A stretch of 64,000 bases of DNA, from NCBI GenBank assembly GCA_047967505.1, contig CM106538.1; one strand, 5' to 3'. Position numbers and translations under genes: made by a program. A model generated the notes under the pieces. It did no database searches and was not told the DNA's origin. It saw only the letters and a program-made list of their open reading frames with translations. Below are positions 63,108 through 64,000 of this stretch, in pieces. The first letter of the stretch is position 1; every line of letters starts with the position of its first letter. The DNA comes from Dipteris shenzhenensis (taxonomy: Eukaryota).

Positions 63108-64000
63108 CATTGGTGAGGCAAGAACATCACCACTCATTGCACATGGATGCAACGACACTCATTGTAAAGGGAGAGAATTTTGAGGGCAACATTAGTATCC
63201 TTCATGAGACTACAATTGCATCCTTTTGAGGGCAACAATAGGTTCGTTCATGAGGCCACAATTTCATCGTATACACCAGGGGCTTCATCCCTCGTAAAGT
63301 CTAGCAAGGACCTATCTTGGCTATGATGAGCATGATTTCTTTTGTTGTCATAAAGGTGGATACATATGGAAGCATGGGGGACCAAATTAGTATTACTGAT
63401 GGGCCAAGGAATGAAGATAGGGTAGCAATGAGTAAATTTTTTGACTATGTTTGATTACTCTATTTTGAACTGTGGTGCAAATGCTAACTCTTATATACCC
63501 TCTAATTAGCATTTGTAAATGAGCGCAAGAGTATTCTTGCTTATTTAGTACAAGAATTCAATGAGAAGGGGATAGTCATGTATGCATTAAACAATATCTC
63601 ATATATATATGGATTTTTCATTACAAGGGTCCAAAAGTTATCCACAGAACCCTTGCTCAAAATCTCCTTTGATTGGATTCCCCTTTCCTTCATATTCACA
63701 GGGAGAGTGTTCTTCATGCATGCTCCATCTTTTCTTAATATCAAACCCACAGGCAGCTTCATTATAAACACTTTCAGTTTTATTTATAGGGTTTGATGCA
63801 GATGCTTGAGGCAAACTCCATGGCTTGGTTGTAATAAATGCTGCTACAATCCAATGTTAGCATCTCGTTAGCATCTTCTTTGTAGCAACAACGGGCTTTT
63901 CTTCTTATAAATTTTGATGTTATTGTATGAGATCAAGTTTCTCACATTTCCAAATCTACCTAGTTTTTCAACTATGAATGTGTTGAGAGTTCACGCTCAA

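Noticed and set aside
60505-64000. ORFs 60457-61047, 61260-61478, 62605-62787 and 63541-63771
   Set aside because: Low complexity or short, with no recognisable motifs. I could not find the missing recombinase catalytic exons here.

Overview
This 64-kb window is transposon-dense eukaryotic DNA with plant-type LTR retrotransposons and GT-AG introns. A seed-free or non-angiosperm land plant such as a fern is my guess, by inference only. I found no intact host gene, RNA gene or CRISPR array. Contents: (1) one Ty1/copia family with 351-bp LTRs in four copies (491-5482, 11408-14118, 35359-43110 with TSD GTGGT, and a solo LTR at 48546-48913 with TSD TAAAG); (2) two copies of an Athila/Tat-like Ty3/gypsy family (about 7774-24688 and 45893-60504), each carrying a roughly 1,200-codon extra ORF after pol; (3) a chromovirus-like gypsy fragment; (4) a young 2.2-kb non-autonomous LTR element nested in a copia copy; (5) a 1.9-kb solo LTR with a 4-bp TSD; (6) CACTA TnpD- and TnpA-like remnants. 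Two unexpected relics stand out. The first is a six-exon, phase-consistent spliced gene (14192-16387) whose product resembles a bacterial-type beta-class N4C/N6A DNA methyltransferase; it sits in an apparent mobile unit that ends at 17152 inside a gypsy RT gene. The second is an intron-flanked Crypton/DUF3504-type tyrosine recombinase remnant (45091-45815). All family assignments come from motif recognition by eye and need HMM or structure confirmation.
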